Below, in pieces: positions 40,660 through 55,790 of a stretch of 64,000 nucleotides of DNA. How positions within the stretch are numbered: position 1 is the stretch's first letter; the number at the start of each line of letters is the position of its first letter. The notes beneath the pieces were generated by a model. The model had not been told where the DNA came from. It worked only from the letters and a program-made list of their open reading frames with translations, and ran no database searches. Origin of the DNA: Eledone cirrhosa (Eukaryota); assembly GCA_964016885.1 (NCBI GenBank), contig OZ024740.1:194494001-194558000 (forward strand). Reading direction: 5' to 3'. The translations under genes were made by a program, and so were the position numbers.

Positions 40660-42420
40660 TATCGTGGTTATATGATTTCTTTATTACTGACCGGTTTTAT
40701 CTATGGATAATTTTTTAAAGTTTAATTTTCAAGGTTTCATTACTGCTGAAGTTTATTTTTAACCCGTGCTGTTTACGTCATTTCTAAAACTGGTTATATA
40801 CTTGCTGTCACCTATGTTGTGATGTCAGGGAACATAACTCTGATTTCAATACGAACGTGATTCAATATCTCATACTTGTTGAAGTACAACGAGTTCAATT
40901 TTGGCAAGATTCGTCCTTTATATTTCTGTTTATGTTGACTCGGGGATATTTTTCAGGCGCATGGTTCCCTAATATAATAATCCCCGTATTGCCATAATTT
41001 GTCAGGGCGTCATACTGGTGTGGCCAATGGAGTGTCCTTGGCAACTTTTACATGTTATAACATATATAACTTATATGAGTGACACTGACATTGGTTATTA
41101 ATTTTGAAGAAAGATTTTTCTTTGTGAAATTCAATACCTTTTAATAGGTAGCTGCATACTCTACGGGGTATTTATCAATGCATGCTGCTTTGCATTTCTC
41201 ACTATCTTCTTTGTGATTCTGTTGCATTTTCTTTTTATAATCGGATATTTCCAGAAGAAGCTTCTAATCTTTTGGTCTCTTATTAGAATTGGTAAATTTA
41301 GTTGGATGAGTTTATAGCTTTCGGCGTTCTTTGAGCTAAAGTTAAATCTTTATGGAATAACTCTTTTTCCCGTTTAGGTGTTTATTTCTCGGAATTCCTT
41401 AGTGTTAATTTACCCGCTTTTTTCTTTGCCTTTCATCCTTATGGGGTCGATAAAATAAAGTACCAGTAATGTACTGTGTAATTGCTGGCTTTGTGCCAAA
41501 AGTAGAAACAATTATTTATTAAATTCAGATATTTCCCCTTGACGTGTATTCTTTTCATCACATCTAGTTTGTGATCTCTTGTTGGGTTTGAGACTATTAT
41601 GGAGATTCGTTTATATCATTTGAATGGAATGCTGGTCTGGATGTGTTTTGGATGGGATCATATAAAATGATATTATGAGTCCGTAGGTTTGACATATATC
41701 AGTTTTGTGTTTCTTTTTATTATTAGTATATCTAAGAATGAGATATTTTCGTTGCTGAACTCCATATCTAATCGGATGTGAGGGTTTATATTATTGATGG
41801 GAATTGAAGAATTATTCAGTTTATTAAGATTTTTCTTCCAAATCAACAGTCCAGGAAACCTTTGCAGTTTTCTTTTATGTAACAGTTGAAGTCATCTTCA
41901 TAAATTTGTGAGGACAGTAATTAGATTTTTACTTCGTGGTATCTCATGACTAGGAGGGTGCAACTTTTGTTCACATGGCAGTTCCTGATTTGTGTAGGTA
42001 GACTGTTTCATTGAACATGAAATAACTGTTTCTAAATAAACTGAACATCATCTATAATGAATTTTCTATAAATCCGGTCTGATAGTTTATAAGAGCCTGT
42101 GATTAGTGTGAGTAGAATATCGCTGTATACATTCACAATTTAGCTAATCTAGTACGAAGGTCAGCATGTATTTGAGGAAAAGCTTCAGCAAATGTATAGG
42201 ACGTTACTTAGACGATGTGTCTCGCAAATCTGGCCGTGATAGTGTGTTATAGTTTTAAAGCAGTTGGTAAATTTCTCGTCACCGTTTTGCATGTCTCATT
42301 CATGAGTTGATACTTACTTGTTATAGATATTACTTGTTTTACATCTAAAATAGGTGCATTTGACTAATTCCTTATAAGTTAGACAATTCTGGTATGGATG
42401 TAGTCAGACGGCGAGTTGTT
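40660..42420 (-). mobile_element. Decayed Penelope-like element RT region, interrupted by an S1 SINE at ~41400-41513
   Basis: Minus frames read GTAM*TKVAPS, NNINPHIRLDMEFSNENISFLDILI, YVKPTDS and HPKHIQTSIPF, which are PLE RT/thumb motifs. Confidence 0.75.
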
Positions 42421-43010
42421 TCGTCACTTTATATTAGTTGGTAATATTTGGCATCTTTTGTTTTTGTCCACAAAAATACCAAAATGATTGACCTCGTACC
42501 CAAATCGGAAACCATTATGAATGGGTGAATTCTCACACGTGAAATTATGAGAATCGTAAGGATCTTGAGGGAACTCGTTCGACTGCATCTTTGTGTGCTA
42601 CCCATTTGATGGTTTGAATTCTAGCAACACCAGTTTGATGCGTAATTCTTACAAGGTCAAACTTCCCATGATTGACTAACTGATTCCATGTATATCTATT
42701 GCAACGTCGATAAATTATGGTTAGATTCTGGCTTGTAACATTTATGATATAGTCCCAAGCTCTTAGGTAACGCATTTTTTTTCATTTACACATTATATAT
42801 GATCTTTCAAATTGTACTCAAATGCTTACGGCAGCACAACACGATATCCAAGTCTATCGGTCTTATCAAATAACACATTTAGAGTGTCGTGACATGTTCA
42901 TTAATGGATAATCAAGAAAAACGAATATGTATATATAAATATATAAATAAAACACACACACACATATATATATATGTGTGTGTATATATATATATACATG
43001 TGCGTGTGTG

Positions 43011-43081
<71 letters not shown>

Positions 43082-43088
<7 letters not shown>

Positions 43089-44239
43089 TAACAGATTAAA
43101 GTTTAAGCAAATAATCGCTGCTTTCACCCTTAACGGGATCTTCTGAAACTAACAAACCTCTGCGCCGCTGAGGCCCTGGAAATACACTACGACACAGACC
43201 ACATATTAAACAAAAAATCTGAGGCATTTTCGGCTTGTAAACATAAATTGCACAAAACTTTGCTGTATCACAGCCCCACATTATACCCTAACGGATAGTA
43301 CGATCTATACGCGGATATTTTACGTTTTGATGTGGTAGCTAAGTATATGTTATGTTTATACAATTACTTATTTCTATAGGTAAGTATATATTACCTGTAT
43401 GTTTTGTGAAGGTACGTATACTTTCTCGTACGTATATTTGATTGTATATGTTATGGCGTATATTTTATATATTCTGGTACATATGCTTTTGGTTATGTGT
43501 ATACGTGAGTTTTGCGTCTGTGTGAGTATGCGGGTTCGTACGTATGTAGAGTGTGTGGATATGTGCACTTCGTGTTTTGGTTGACGTATGTCTCCGAACA
43601 TATGTGTATTTAGATTGTAGGTATGTGTGTGCGCTTGTTATATACGTATTTATTTATTTATATACGTTTATTTAATTATTTGTATACACGTACACACATA
43701 CACACATATATATGTTCGTGTATTTGTATACCTATGACGAGTGTTTTCGTGTATGCTTGTGTATGTACGTATATGGATGCGTGTATGTATTTATTTAATT
43801 TCAATTACCTCTGTATTTTATTTACTTTATTCTTAACTCTGAAGCCGAGAATCATTCGGTTTCCTGGTTAGAATTTTAGTCTACGACTTCAGTTATACCA
43901 TTTAGGTGGTTTTGTCTTTGCGTGCAATTGTTCTCCACGCTCCACGTATGACGTAGTATCTTCGTTTTTTCCGTTCTTTGCCAGGGAACGTTTCCACAAA
44001 CCAAAGTATCGTCTTCCTGTCTTCCTCCGGTTGCAACATTTTTTTAAATATTCACTTCTGCGTTCACAGATTGACTTTGTCAGTTTCAGAAGATCCCGTT
44101 AAGGGTGAAAGCAGCGATTCTTTGCTTAAACTTTAATCTGTTATTTTAATAAATATTTGCTCTACGGTTCTTATATATTTGATAAATATTTATCCTTATC
44201 GAGCCCTCTTTGGATTTTAGTCTTCAAATTTATTATTAT

Positions 44240-44245
<6 letters not shown>
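43082..44245 (+). mobile_element. 5'-truncated PLE with an inverted pLTR fragment at its 5' end
   Basis: 43155-43298 reads NLCAAEALEIHYDTDHILNKKSEAFSACKHKLHKTL..*, the same C-terminal motif as the 46-48 kb PLE. 43082-43150 is the inverse of 44083-44151, which holds an HHR-like CAGAAGA tCCC gttaa GGGt GAAA. TA tracts on both sides. Confidence 0.8.
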
Positions 44246-45212
<967 letters not shown>

Positions 45213-45421
45213 GAATAACAATAAATTGTTAAAGGTAATCGGATAAAAGTCTGTGCAAACTATTTATCATGGACAGTTTAAGCGTACAGTACAGTGTGAC
45301 TCAACAAGAACTTTACTTCGGTGACGATTTTATGACTTCGCTTGTACTCCTATGTAAATATATATTGGAGTAATAAAAGAGTGAAGAATAATATGGTTGA
45401 CAGTACAGATATTTAATTACA

Positions 45422-45526
45422 GTCTTACAATTGTTTCAATGATAGAAATGTCTATAAATTGATAAATACTGGAGATAGTACAACTCAATTTACAATACAT
45501 CTAAGTACCATCATTTCATCAGAGAC
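45422..45526 (-). ncRNA. Type I hammerhead ribozyme with long stem II insert, in PLE pLTR
   Basis: Minus: GTCT CTGATGA AATGAT...ATCATT GAAAC AATT GTA AGAC. Confidence 0.75.
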
Positions 45527-46120
45527 AAATAAGAAATATAACATATATGCGTAACGGTAAAATTTAACGGTAAATTTAAATTACTACATCATTAATAGTA
45601 TAAATGATAAATCAATAACTAAATAAATAAATAAATAAAGGAAGGAGAACAGATGGAAATGAGAGAGAAAGAAAGAAAATGACGAAAGAAGGAACTAAGA
45701 TATAGTTAAATATATAACCGGCAAAATTTACGAAATCGAACTATCACATCAAAATAAATAAATATAATATTAATAATAATAAAGATATATACAGAATAGA
45801 GACGGGAGGATATAGCATAGGCAGAGAGGAAGGATAAGTAAGGAAGGTGAGGAAGAAATAGAGGAAAATTAAGAGGGATGAGGAAGCAGAGGGGGATAGA
45901 AATTAATCATGAATATGGGGTTATGAAGAAGAGAGAAAAGAAAGTAAACAGACGGCCGAATAAACGTTACTACGTAAAATAGCTAGTTTGAGATGTATTA
46001 TACTATAGGGTAAAATAATAGAGATGAAATATGTTTAAGTGGAGAAATATAAAGACAAATGGTGAGAGGTGTATAAATATAAGATAATAAATGATTTAAA
46101 TACAAATAAAAATAAAAATA

Positions 46121-46228
46121 ATTGTTTCTACTATTGGCACAAGGCCAGAAAATTACCCAGTACATTACTGGTACTTTATTTTATCGACCCCATAAGGATG
46201 AAAGGCAAAGTTAACCTCGGCGGGATTT
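46121..46228 (-). mobile_element. 5'-truncated S1 SINE inserted in the PLE, with ~16-bp TSD
   Basis: aataaaaataaaaata on both sides; absent from the inverted PLE copy. Confidence 0.85.
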
Positions 46229-46359
46229 AATAAAAATAAAAATAATGATGTTAATACAAATCTTTTTAGGTTATTCTTACATAAATATGAAGTTTATAAT
46301 AATTTGATATCGTAATAGGTGCTAAAAGTATAAAAATGAATAAGGAATAGAAAATGGAG

Positions 46360-46853
46360 TTAAGTTGGTCTAACGTTCAGGAATTTCGTTGCTGATTTAT
46401 GCCGGCAAAATATAGTTCGCTCAATTTTGCTGTTAAGATGGGTTTTACTAAAATTAAGAATTTGGAAGAGCTCCATATTACAGAGCCTAAAATGGGACAT
46501 ACCAGTTTGATAGGCCTTGGCAGATGACAGTATTTTCCAGCTGATCTCATACTTAGTGCCTGCATTCTTGAGTTGCCTTATTTTACTGGCAAGGGTAGTT
46601 GTATTTGATAGATTACTATTAATCATAGAATGTCTATGCACGTACCACCGTTCTTTGAAAAACACCAGCTGTGGAACCAATGTAGTACTATGCCAAGTTA
46701 CCTGAGTTGATAGTACACAAGTATACTACGTTTATTTCACGGCATCTGTTTAGTAGAGGGAAATTGTCAGGTAAGTGGCAATTGCATTGAAATGTTTTCC
46801 TATGCGCTGGTTCTACTATATGATTTTGAAGATTGTTGTGTATGGGTTGTGAA
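46360..46853 (-). pseudogene. PLE GIY-YIG endonuclease domain (one stop, frameshifts)
   Basis: CNCHLPDNFPLLNRCREINVVYLCTINSGNLA*YYIGST / FKERWYVHRHS...ISWKIL...RLCNMELFQI...LNSKIERTIFCRHK. Confidence 0.85.
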
Positions 46854-48374
46854 TTAGGTTTGTTGGTATATTGTGGTGGTGTCCTTTGTCATGTATTTGG
46901 TTGCGATGATGTAATATGTGTCTTCTGTATTTGGTGATATGGAACTTATATGGGGGAAGCTTTGATTATGAATTCTTATGTAGTTGATTTTGTGAATGTG
47001 CGATTCTATCTTGTTAGCAGTGGAGTATGATAGTTTGATAGTTTTTTTATTAAAGATTTTATGATATTTATGCGTTTTAGGGAAGTGTTTGTCAACTAAT
47101 TTAAAGAAAGTGAGAGGAAGCTTAGTTTTAATAGAGGAGTTAAACATTGGATTAAACCATAAGTAGTTTCTATTTCTGTATCTTCTATGTCCGCTAGTTG
47201 TATTAGTATTAGCATTTCGTATATTTAAATTAGGTATATGCTGCCTACTTATGCGTTTAGACCTAGGTTTGTTGATTCTATGGTTGTGAGAAGTATCGTT
47301 AACATTAAGTGTGTTGTTATTTTTTGTATCAGGTATGTATTTGAGTCGTTCTTTATGGCCTGCTTTAAGTAAAGCTAAGTTGTAGTAGCTAGCATGTTCA
47401 TTAACAAGTTCGTGGTTAGAGGATAGGCGTGAGATTCTAAGCGATATACTATACGCTATTGAGTTAATTATGGATCTAGGATGGTTCGAGTTATAGTCAA
47501 TATAAGCTAAATTTTCATTATTTTTATGGAAGGGTTCTATAAGTCCTGAGTTAAGATTAAACGATACGTCCAAGAAGTTGACTTTTTTAGAGTTGGGTTC
47601 AAAAGTAATACTAGGGCCTAAGTTATTAAAGAATTTTCTAATCTTCTTTCTTAATCTTTCTAAGTTTTGGCTATTTACATTTCTAGCTAAAAGTAGAGTA
47701 TCATCTCTATAGATTCCACCTTGTAAGTTACCAAATTCACTATGTAAGAAATATGCTATATAAATTCCAACCAAGTCTGTGATCTGGGCTGAGTCGTTCG
47801 ATCCAATAGTAATATCGAAGTTATTTAGTCTATTCTTTCGCTCCCAGTTGTCGAATTTAATGATAGTTCGTCTAGCGGCTAGTATTATTTTAATTTCATC
47901 AGCTGAAAGATCCGAGTGATTTGGGGCAAAGGATAATACCTTATTAAGGGTGACTGGGGAGATAGAAGAGTAGTAGTCATTTATGTTAAATTGTATAAAG
48001 TTGGACGATTCTTTATTGTCTAATGAGTTGAACCAGTCTATTGCTTCACTTGTGTTACCCCAGAGCTTGATAGTTAGTTGCCTCTTAATTTGTGGTAATA
48101 TTCTATCTAGTATAAACTTACTAATTCTACTTATATCTGATTTTAAAGGACATATCAATCTAATGGTAGGGTTAGTTTCGAAGTTACATTTATGATCTTT
48201 CAGATTAAAAGTGGGTTCACAAGGTGTAAGAGGCTCGGTTCTATCTGATATTTTAAGTTTTTTTACTATGTTAAGACCTTCTATGTTAATGCTGTTAAGT
48301 GTAGACTCTGTAGTTTTCTTGTATTTTTTATGTAATTCGCGGCGTATAAAATTGTTGTATGTATTAAGGCTCAT
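46854..48374 (-). CDS. Penelope-like element reverse transcriptase (truncated/frameshifted)
   Basis: 506-aa ORF with LKDHK, IRLICP, IGSNDSAQITDLVG, catalytic YRDD, VNFLDV, SNHP and WFNP motifs. Confidence 0.9.
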   Translation of the reverse strand: MSLNTYNNFIRRELHKKYKKTTESTLNSINIEGLNIVKKLKISDRTEPLTPCEPTFNLKDHKCNFETNPTIRLICPLKSDISRISKFILDRILPQIKRQLTIKLWGNTSEAIDWFNSLDNKESSNFIQFNINDYYSSISPVTLNKVLSFAPNHSDLSADEIKIILAARRTIIKFDNWERKNRLNNFDITIGSNDSAQITDLVGIYIAYFLHSEFGNLQGGIYRDDTLLLARNVNSQNLERLRKKIRKFFNNLGPSITFEPNSKKVNFLDVSFNLNSGLIEPFHKNNENLAYIDYNSNHPRSIINSIAYSISLRISRLSSNHELVNEHASYYNLALLKAGHKERLKYIPDTKNNNTLNVNDTSHNHRINKPRSKRISRQHIPNLNIRNANTNTTSGHRRYRNRNYLWFNPMFNSSIKTKLPLTFFKLVDKHFPKTHKYHKIFNKKTIKLSYSTANKIESHIHKINYIRIHNQSFPHISSISPNTEDTYYIIATKYMTKDTTTIYQQT

Positions 48375-48462
48375 GGTATATACATTAGATGTTTTATCTG
48401 CCTTTACAATGATACCATTAGTAGCACGTAATTTTCTTATAAGAACATTGATGGTGTAACTT

Positions 48463-48803
48463 GGTAACTTGGCATGGTACTACATTGGTTCCACAGCTGG
48501 TGTTTCAAAAAACGGTGGTACGTGCATAGACATTCTATGATTAATAGTAATCTATCAAATACAACTACTCTTGCCAGTAAAATAAGTCAACTCCAGAATG
48601 CAGGCACTAAGTATAAGATCAGCTGGAAAATACTGTCATCTGCTGAGGCCTATCAAACTGGTATGTCCCATTGTAGGCTCTGTAATATGGAGCTCTTCCA
48701 AATTCTTAATTTTAGTAAAACCCTTCTTAACAGCAAAATTAAGCGAACTATATTTTGCCGGCATAAATCAGCAACGAAATTCCTGAACTTTAGACCAGCT
48801 TAA
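48463..48803 (+). pseudogene. Inverted duplicate of PLE GIY-YIG C-terminal half
   Basis: GNLAWYYIGSTAG / FKKRWYVHRHS...CRLCNMELFQI...CRHK. Confidence 0.85.
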
Positions 48804-49259
48804 CTTCATTTTCTATTCCTTATTCCTTTTTTATACTTTTAGCACCTATTACGATATAAAATTATTATAAACTTCATATTTACGTAAGAATAACCTAAAA
48901 ACATTTGTATTAACATCATTATTTTTCATTTTTATTTGTATTTACATCATTTATTATCTTATATTTATACACCTCTCACCATTTGTCTTTATATTTCTCC
49001 ACTTAAACATATTTCATCTCTATTATTTTACCCTATAGTATAATACATCTCAAACTAGCTATTTTACGTAGTAACGTTTATTCGGCCGTCTGTTTACTTT
49101 CTTTTCTCTCTTCTTCATATCCCCATATTCATGATTAATTTCTATCCCCCTCTGCTTCTTCATCCCTCTTAATTTTCCTCTATTTCTTCCTCACCTTTCT
49201 TATTTATCCTTCCTCTCTGCCTATGCTATATCCCCCTTCTCTATTCTCTATATATCTTT

Positions 49260-49440
49260 GGTGGATTAGCAGTATTGGTAAGGGTCGGACACCATCCTTT
49301 GACGTATAGAGTTACGGCCTTTGCCATTCTGAGTTCAAATCCCTCCGAGGTTAACTTTGCCTTTCATCCTTACGGGTCGATAAAATAAAGTACCAGTAAT
49401 GCACTGGGTGATTGCTGGCCTTGTACCAAAATTTGAAACA
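49260..49440 (+). mobile_element. S1 SINE inserted in the inverted PLE arm
   Basis: ggtggattagcag...gagttcaaatccc...gcctttcatccttacgggtcgataaa; absent from the other arm. Confidence 0.85.
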
Positions 49441-49574
49441 ATTATTAATATTATATTTATTTATTTTGATGTAATAGTTTGATTTCGTAAATTTTGCCGG
49501 TTATATATTTAACTATATCTTAGTTCCTTCTTTCGTCATTTTCTTTCTTTCTCTCTCATTTCCATCTGTCCCCT

Positions 49575-49605
<31 letters not shown>

Positions 49606-49685
49606 TTCATCATTTATACGATTATTGATGTAGTAATTTAAATTTTCACGTTTACCGTTACGCATATATTTTATATTTCTTATTT

Positions 49686-49788
49686 GTCTCTAATGAAATG
49701 ATGGTACTTAGATGTATTGTAAATTGAGTTATACTATCTCTAGTACTTAGCAGTATAGACATTTCTATCATTGAAACAATTGTAATAC
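49686..49788 (+). ncRNA. Mutated hammerhead in inverted pLTR (CTAATGA core)
   Basis: Counterpart of 45422-45526 with a core G>A change and a stem I mismatch. Confidence 0.6.
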
Positions 49789-49836
49789 TGTAATTAAATA
49801 TCCTTGTTTTGTACTGTCAACCATGTTATTCTTCAC

Positions 49837-50605
<769 letters not shown>

Positions 50606-50752
50606 CTCTATGTGTGTATATATATATATGTGTGTATACATATGTGCATATATATGTGTATATATATGTGTGTATATATATATATGTATATATATATGTG
50701 TTTGTATATATATATATGTGTGTATACATATATACATGTGTGTATATATATA

Positions 50753-50797
<45 letters not shown>

Positions 50798-50878
50798 ATA
50801 TATATATATATGTGTGTGTATATATATATATATATATGTATACATATATATGTGTTTATATATGTGTATATATATATA

Positions 50879-50959
<81 letters not shown>

Positions 50960-51413
50960 ATATATATGTGTATATATGTGTGTATATATATATATATGTG
51001 TATATATATGTGTGTGTGTATAAATATATGAGTATATATATATATGTGTGTGTATATATATGTGTGTGTATATATATATGTGTATATATATATGTGTGTG
51101 TATATATATACATGTGTGTGTATATATATATATGTGTGTATATATATATATATGTGTGTATATATATATGTGTGTATATATATGTGTGGATATATATATA
51201 TGTGTATACATATATATATGTGTATATATATGTGTATATATATATCAGTGTATATATATACACACACATATATATATACACATATATATATACACACACA
51301 TATATATACACACACATATATATATATACTCATATATTTATACACACACACATATATATACACATATATATATATATACACACATATATACACATATATA
51401 TACACATATATAT
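50606..51413. repeat. Compound TA/TG microsatellite with internal inverted duplication
   Basis: 50948-51112 is the reverse complement of 51249-51413, including the marker taaatatatgagt. Confidence 0.85.
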
Positions 51414-51990
51414 GGTGGCTGCCAACTCGTTTTCGAGTACGGCCACTACTTTATATCCACGTAGGAGAACTCCTACCGAAGCGCTGAACGAGTGTGACAT
51501 TTTAGTCCAGCCAGCGACTTGAAAACTCTGGTACAAACACTACACTTGTGACAATTATTGACACATAGTGCTGGGCCCATGGTACCATGTGACGACAAGT
51601 GCAGAGAGATCTCCAGATATAAAGCAATGCCTGTGCCGTGAAGCTTTTATAGTGAGCAAAGGCACTGCACAAAGCCAGTCCCACTCTCTTAACCAAGATG
51701 ATATTTACCAAAAAGAAGAACAAGTCAACATCATTGGATACCATCAGGGTTGCAGGTGTTATATCAGAGTTTTCCTTCTCCTAGAATTCTGCCTTGACAA
51801 AGGCTAAGGGGTCATCTCTCCCGGTGATTTTGGATGGCCATTGACTCTTATGAGCTCCTTTGCCCTTTGACAGGTTTTGTTTTTAGTCCTGCAGGATGTC
51901 CAAAGTCACCCACCTCACCAAGAAACCTTGGTGGGGTTGCCAGTTTAGTCGCCAACGACCCGACCATGAGACAGGTTGTACTGGGATACA
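51414..51990. repeat. GC-richer unclassified retroelement-like fragment between microsatellites
   Basis: Abrupt compositional shift; no recognisable protein motif. Confidence 0.35.
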
Positions 51991-52105
51991 TATATATACA
52001 CACATATATATACACACACATATATATATACACACATATATATATATACACACACATATATATATACATATATAGATACACACATATATATATACACATA
52101 TATAT

Positions 52106-52194
<89 letters not shown>

Positions 52195-52197
<3 letters not shown>

Positions 52198-53160
52198 GCA
52201 GCAGGACCCGGCGTTGTACGTGGCACGAAACGTGAAATAGCAACGTATGTGAAAAGATTGAGGGATGTAGCTGAGTACTTTTTTGAATTCCTTATTCTCA
52301 GGGAATGATTGTTCATCTACTGGAAACGTAGAACACCAGCAGGCCCGAGTCGTGAAACATATGCGTGCATGTGCAAAATCTGAAGAAAATCAGTTGGATA
52401 CTCTTTAACCGTACTAAATCTTAGATCATTTTTCTTCCATTTGGAGAAAATCGGTTAGGTACTTTTCAAGTTTTATAGATTCGCAACACAGCAACAAAGG
52501 TGTGACAAAAGGAGTCACCGCGGAATTACTATTACCGTTGTTCGGCGTACTTGCACAGTGGGTTCATACTGCTGTATAGGTGCAACAAAAGGGATCTTAG
52601 TAAAAGTAACCAAGATGTGAGTTTTACGGTGTCAATAACACGGCAACCTACGCTGGGCCCAGATTTGCGAGTGATGAAAGCACGAAGCGTCAACAAGGCG
52701 CCGACAACTTTTTGAAGGTCCTTCTCATTTCCTCAACCCTCCGAAAATGGTCCTGCTTAAAAGTAAGTGTTGTGTCCTCTGTTAAATAAACCAAATTTTT
52801 AACGAGATATTATACGCTACTGACGATGTTTAAGTAGCGTTTATAGTGAAAATAAAATGGCATGTAATGCCCAATGCTAATTCGTAAATTTCCTAGAAAC
52901 CATTAATGCGAGGGCCTAACGAATGTGTGCTGCAAATGTCGAGGAAATCGGCTGGATTATCTTTAAGTTACACCTCAAACAAGCTTAAAAATGTATTTAA
53001 AATGCGGTTTTTCGCCTAATGCGAAAAAGTTAAACTTTTTAGCCCATTGCATTTCAGGAAATATAAGTAATGCATGTGTAACGTTTGAAAAAATCGGTCG
53101 GGTGTTTCTCGAGTTTTAAGGATTTACACAGAAAGACATCCTCTGTTTTATATATATAGA
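52195..53160 (-). mobile_element. Non-autonomous Helitron
   Basis: Minus strand starts TCTATATATATAAAAC and ends CTAG, A|T insertion site, with a degenerate GC hairpin (cccggcgttgtacgtgg) near the 3' end. Confidence 0.75.
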
Positions 53161-53655
<495 letters not shown>

Positions 53656-54735
53656 TTTTTTATATGCACCAACAATGTTATGTTCACGTTCTATGCCTAG
53701 TTTGTCTCATTTGGCTTCTTGGCTTTGTGTATGTCAAAACCACACAAAGTCCTTTTTGTCAAACTTTGTTATAGTTAGTATGCATTATGAACCATATGGT
53801 TGTAACTTTGGCATTAGTTTACAAAGGGAATTTCCTATGGCATATATTTCCTATTGTATACAGAAATTGATTATATATAATAATATATATATCTTGCCAT
53901 ACTCTAAAGCTATTTTGTATATATTTCTGAGTAGTTATGTGTTTTGTCATAAAATATGAAAAGCTTAAACGTATATTTCATCGGTTTTGACGGCCAAATA
54001 ATCAAATTGTTCAGTCAATTGAGTTACCTACGAATTAAACACATATATGTGTATCCTTTGTGGAATCATTAACCAGAATAGACGTGATGTATGTGATATG
54101 TCTGGTCTTTTTAATTACAGTTACATTCCATCGCCCAGGCTTCTATGCAATTTTCCTCTATCTAATTTCACTTGGGAAGGCTCAAGAATATTGTTGAATA
54201 TATTCGTCCAAGATGCCATGCAATCGGATCGAAACTAGAAACTCATTGTTGCTATGTGAAATGTTTAATCATTATGGCACACTTGCACGTACTTTCACAA
54301 AATCACATACTCTCTCCCACTTACTAGAGAGAATTCAGAAAAAGCTTATACATATATACGCTTCTATAGTCATTTTACAATACTTCTTACGTTTATTCAG
54401 ACACAGTCTCCCACTTACCAAGAGAGATATTCAGCAAAAGGCTATATATATTTACGTCTTTTACTGTCATCATTCTATAGAACTTCTTACATCTATTCAG
54501 CCGGAAACCCTAGAACTCTTTTAAACAGAAAACCAGACTTACTAGTTTCCTACAAAAATCAATTCTTATCATCGATCTCAGATATTATTCCACTGTAAAC
54601 GAATTCAAAATAAGATCTACCTCTGAAAGTGTCATCCGCCGTGTCATGACTAACTATTTCCTTGGTGTTAGCACTCATCTTTACTCTGAGCAGAGTAAGG
54701 ACGGCAAAAAGGCCTTAAGTCTTCACCAATTTTTA

Positions 54736-55790
54736 TTAATTACCAGATAGGACTAAATCAGGAGGATAGGGAATGTGATCAACCACTTCAAAGCTACAGT
54801 CACGCACAGCAGCCAAGGACATGTATGTTGGAACACTGACCCAATGAAACATGGCTATTTTCGTCAGTTTTCCTGTGCGTTTGTTCATAATAGTCTTTCG
54901 TAACTGCCTCAGCAAGCTGGCATAGTAATCTCTATTGATGCTGTGGCCCTTTTTAAGACAGTCAATAAACAAAATTCCTTTTACATTCCCAAAACACTGA
55001 GGCCATCATCTTCCCTGCAGATGAAAGAACCAACACCTTCTTTGGAGCAGGTGAGGAGTGTTGTTTCCACTGCATGGATTGCCTCTTTGTATCTGGCTCA
55101 CAGCGATGAACCCTACACTCATCCTGGGTTAGGAAAAGTTCAAGGAAACCAGCTGAATCTGATCAAACAATATCATATTTCCCTGTGATGTGATCAGCCT
55201 GGTGTGCTTTTGATCATGTGACAGAAGACGTGGCACCCACCGAGCAGAAGCCTTCGTTATGCTAAGTTGATTGTGCAAAATATTCTCAACTCTCTCATAG
55301 GTGATGCTAATAGTATTGGCTATTTAATTTATAGTCAAAGGCCTGTCATCCATCACCATGTGATGAACATGATTAATGTTTTCCTCAATGGTGGCAGTTG
55401 CAGGATGTCCAGATCTTGGGTCATATTCAAGACTCCCCCCCCCCCTAAATTCAGCCACCCACTTTTGCAGTGTTGATAAATCTGGTGTGTCATCTCCCTA
55501 ATATTTATGTCAGCTTATATGTCCTTGGAAACTAAACCCTTTGTTCTGCTTGTACTTGATAACACCACAATCCCAAATGTTGTCCATTTTCAAGAGAAGT
55601 CGCTGCCAGTTAGATTTGATATCTTCTTTAAAAAGTCAAATGCCAGTTTACCTGGAGGAAAACAAGACAGTTGTTAATAAGAAGAGTTGAAATTAATGCA
55701 TGCAGGATTTCACAGCGCTAGCATCCCTCGTTTATAAATCAGCAAAATCAGAAATCTACCATTTAGTGCTATTAAGAAACTCTTCAACCA
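54736..55790 (-). mobile_element. Decayed mariner transposase (different family from 21.2/37.9 kb)
   Basis: IDCLKKGHSINRDYYASLLRQLRK...VDHIPYPPDLVLSG (HPPYSPDLAP-like), and AGKMMASVLGM upstream. Confidence 0.85.
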
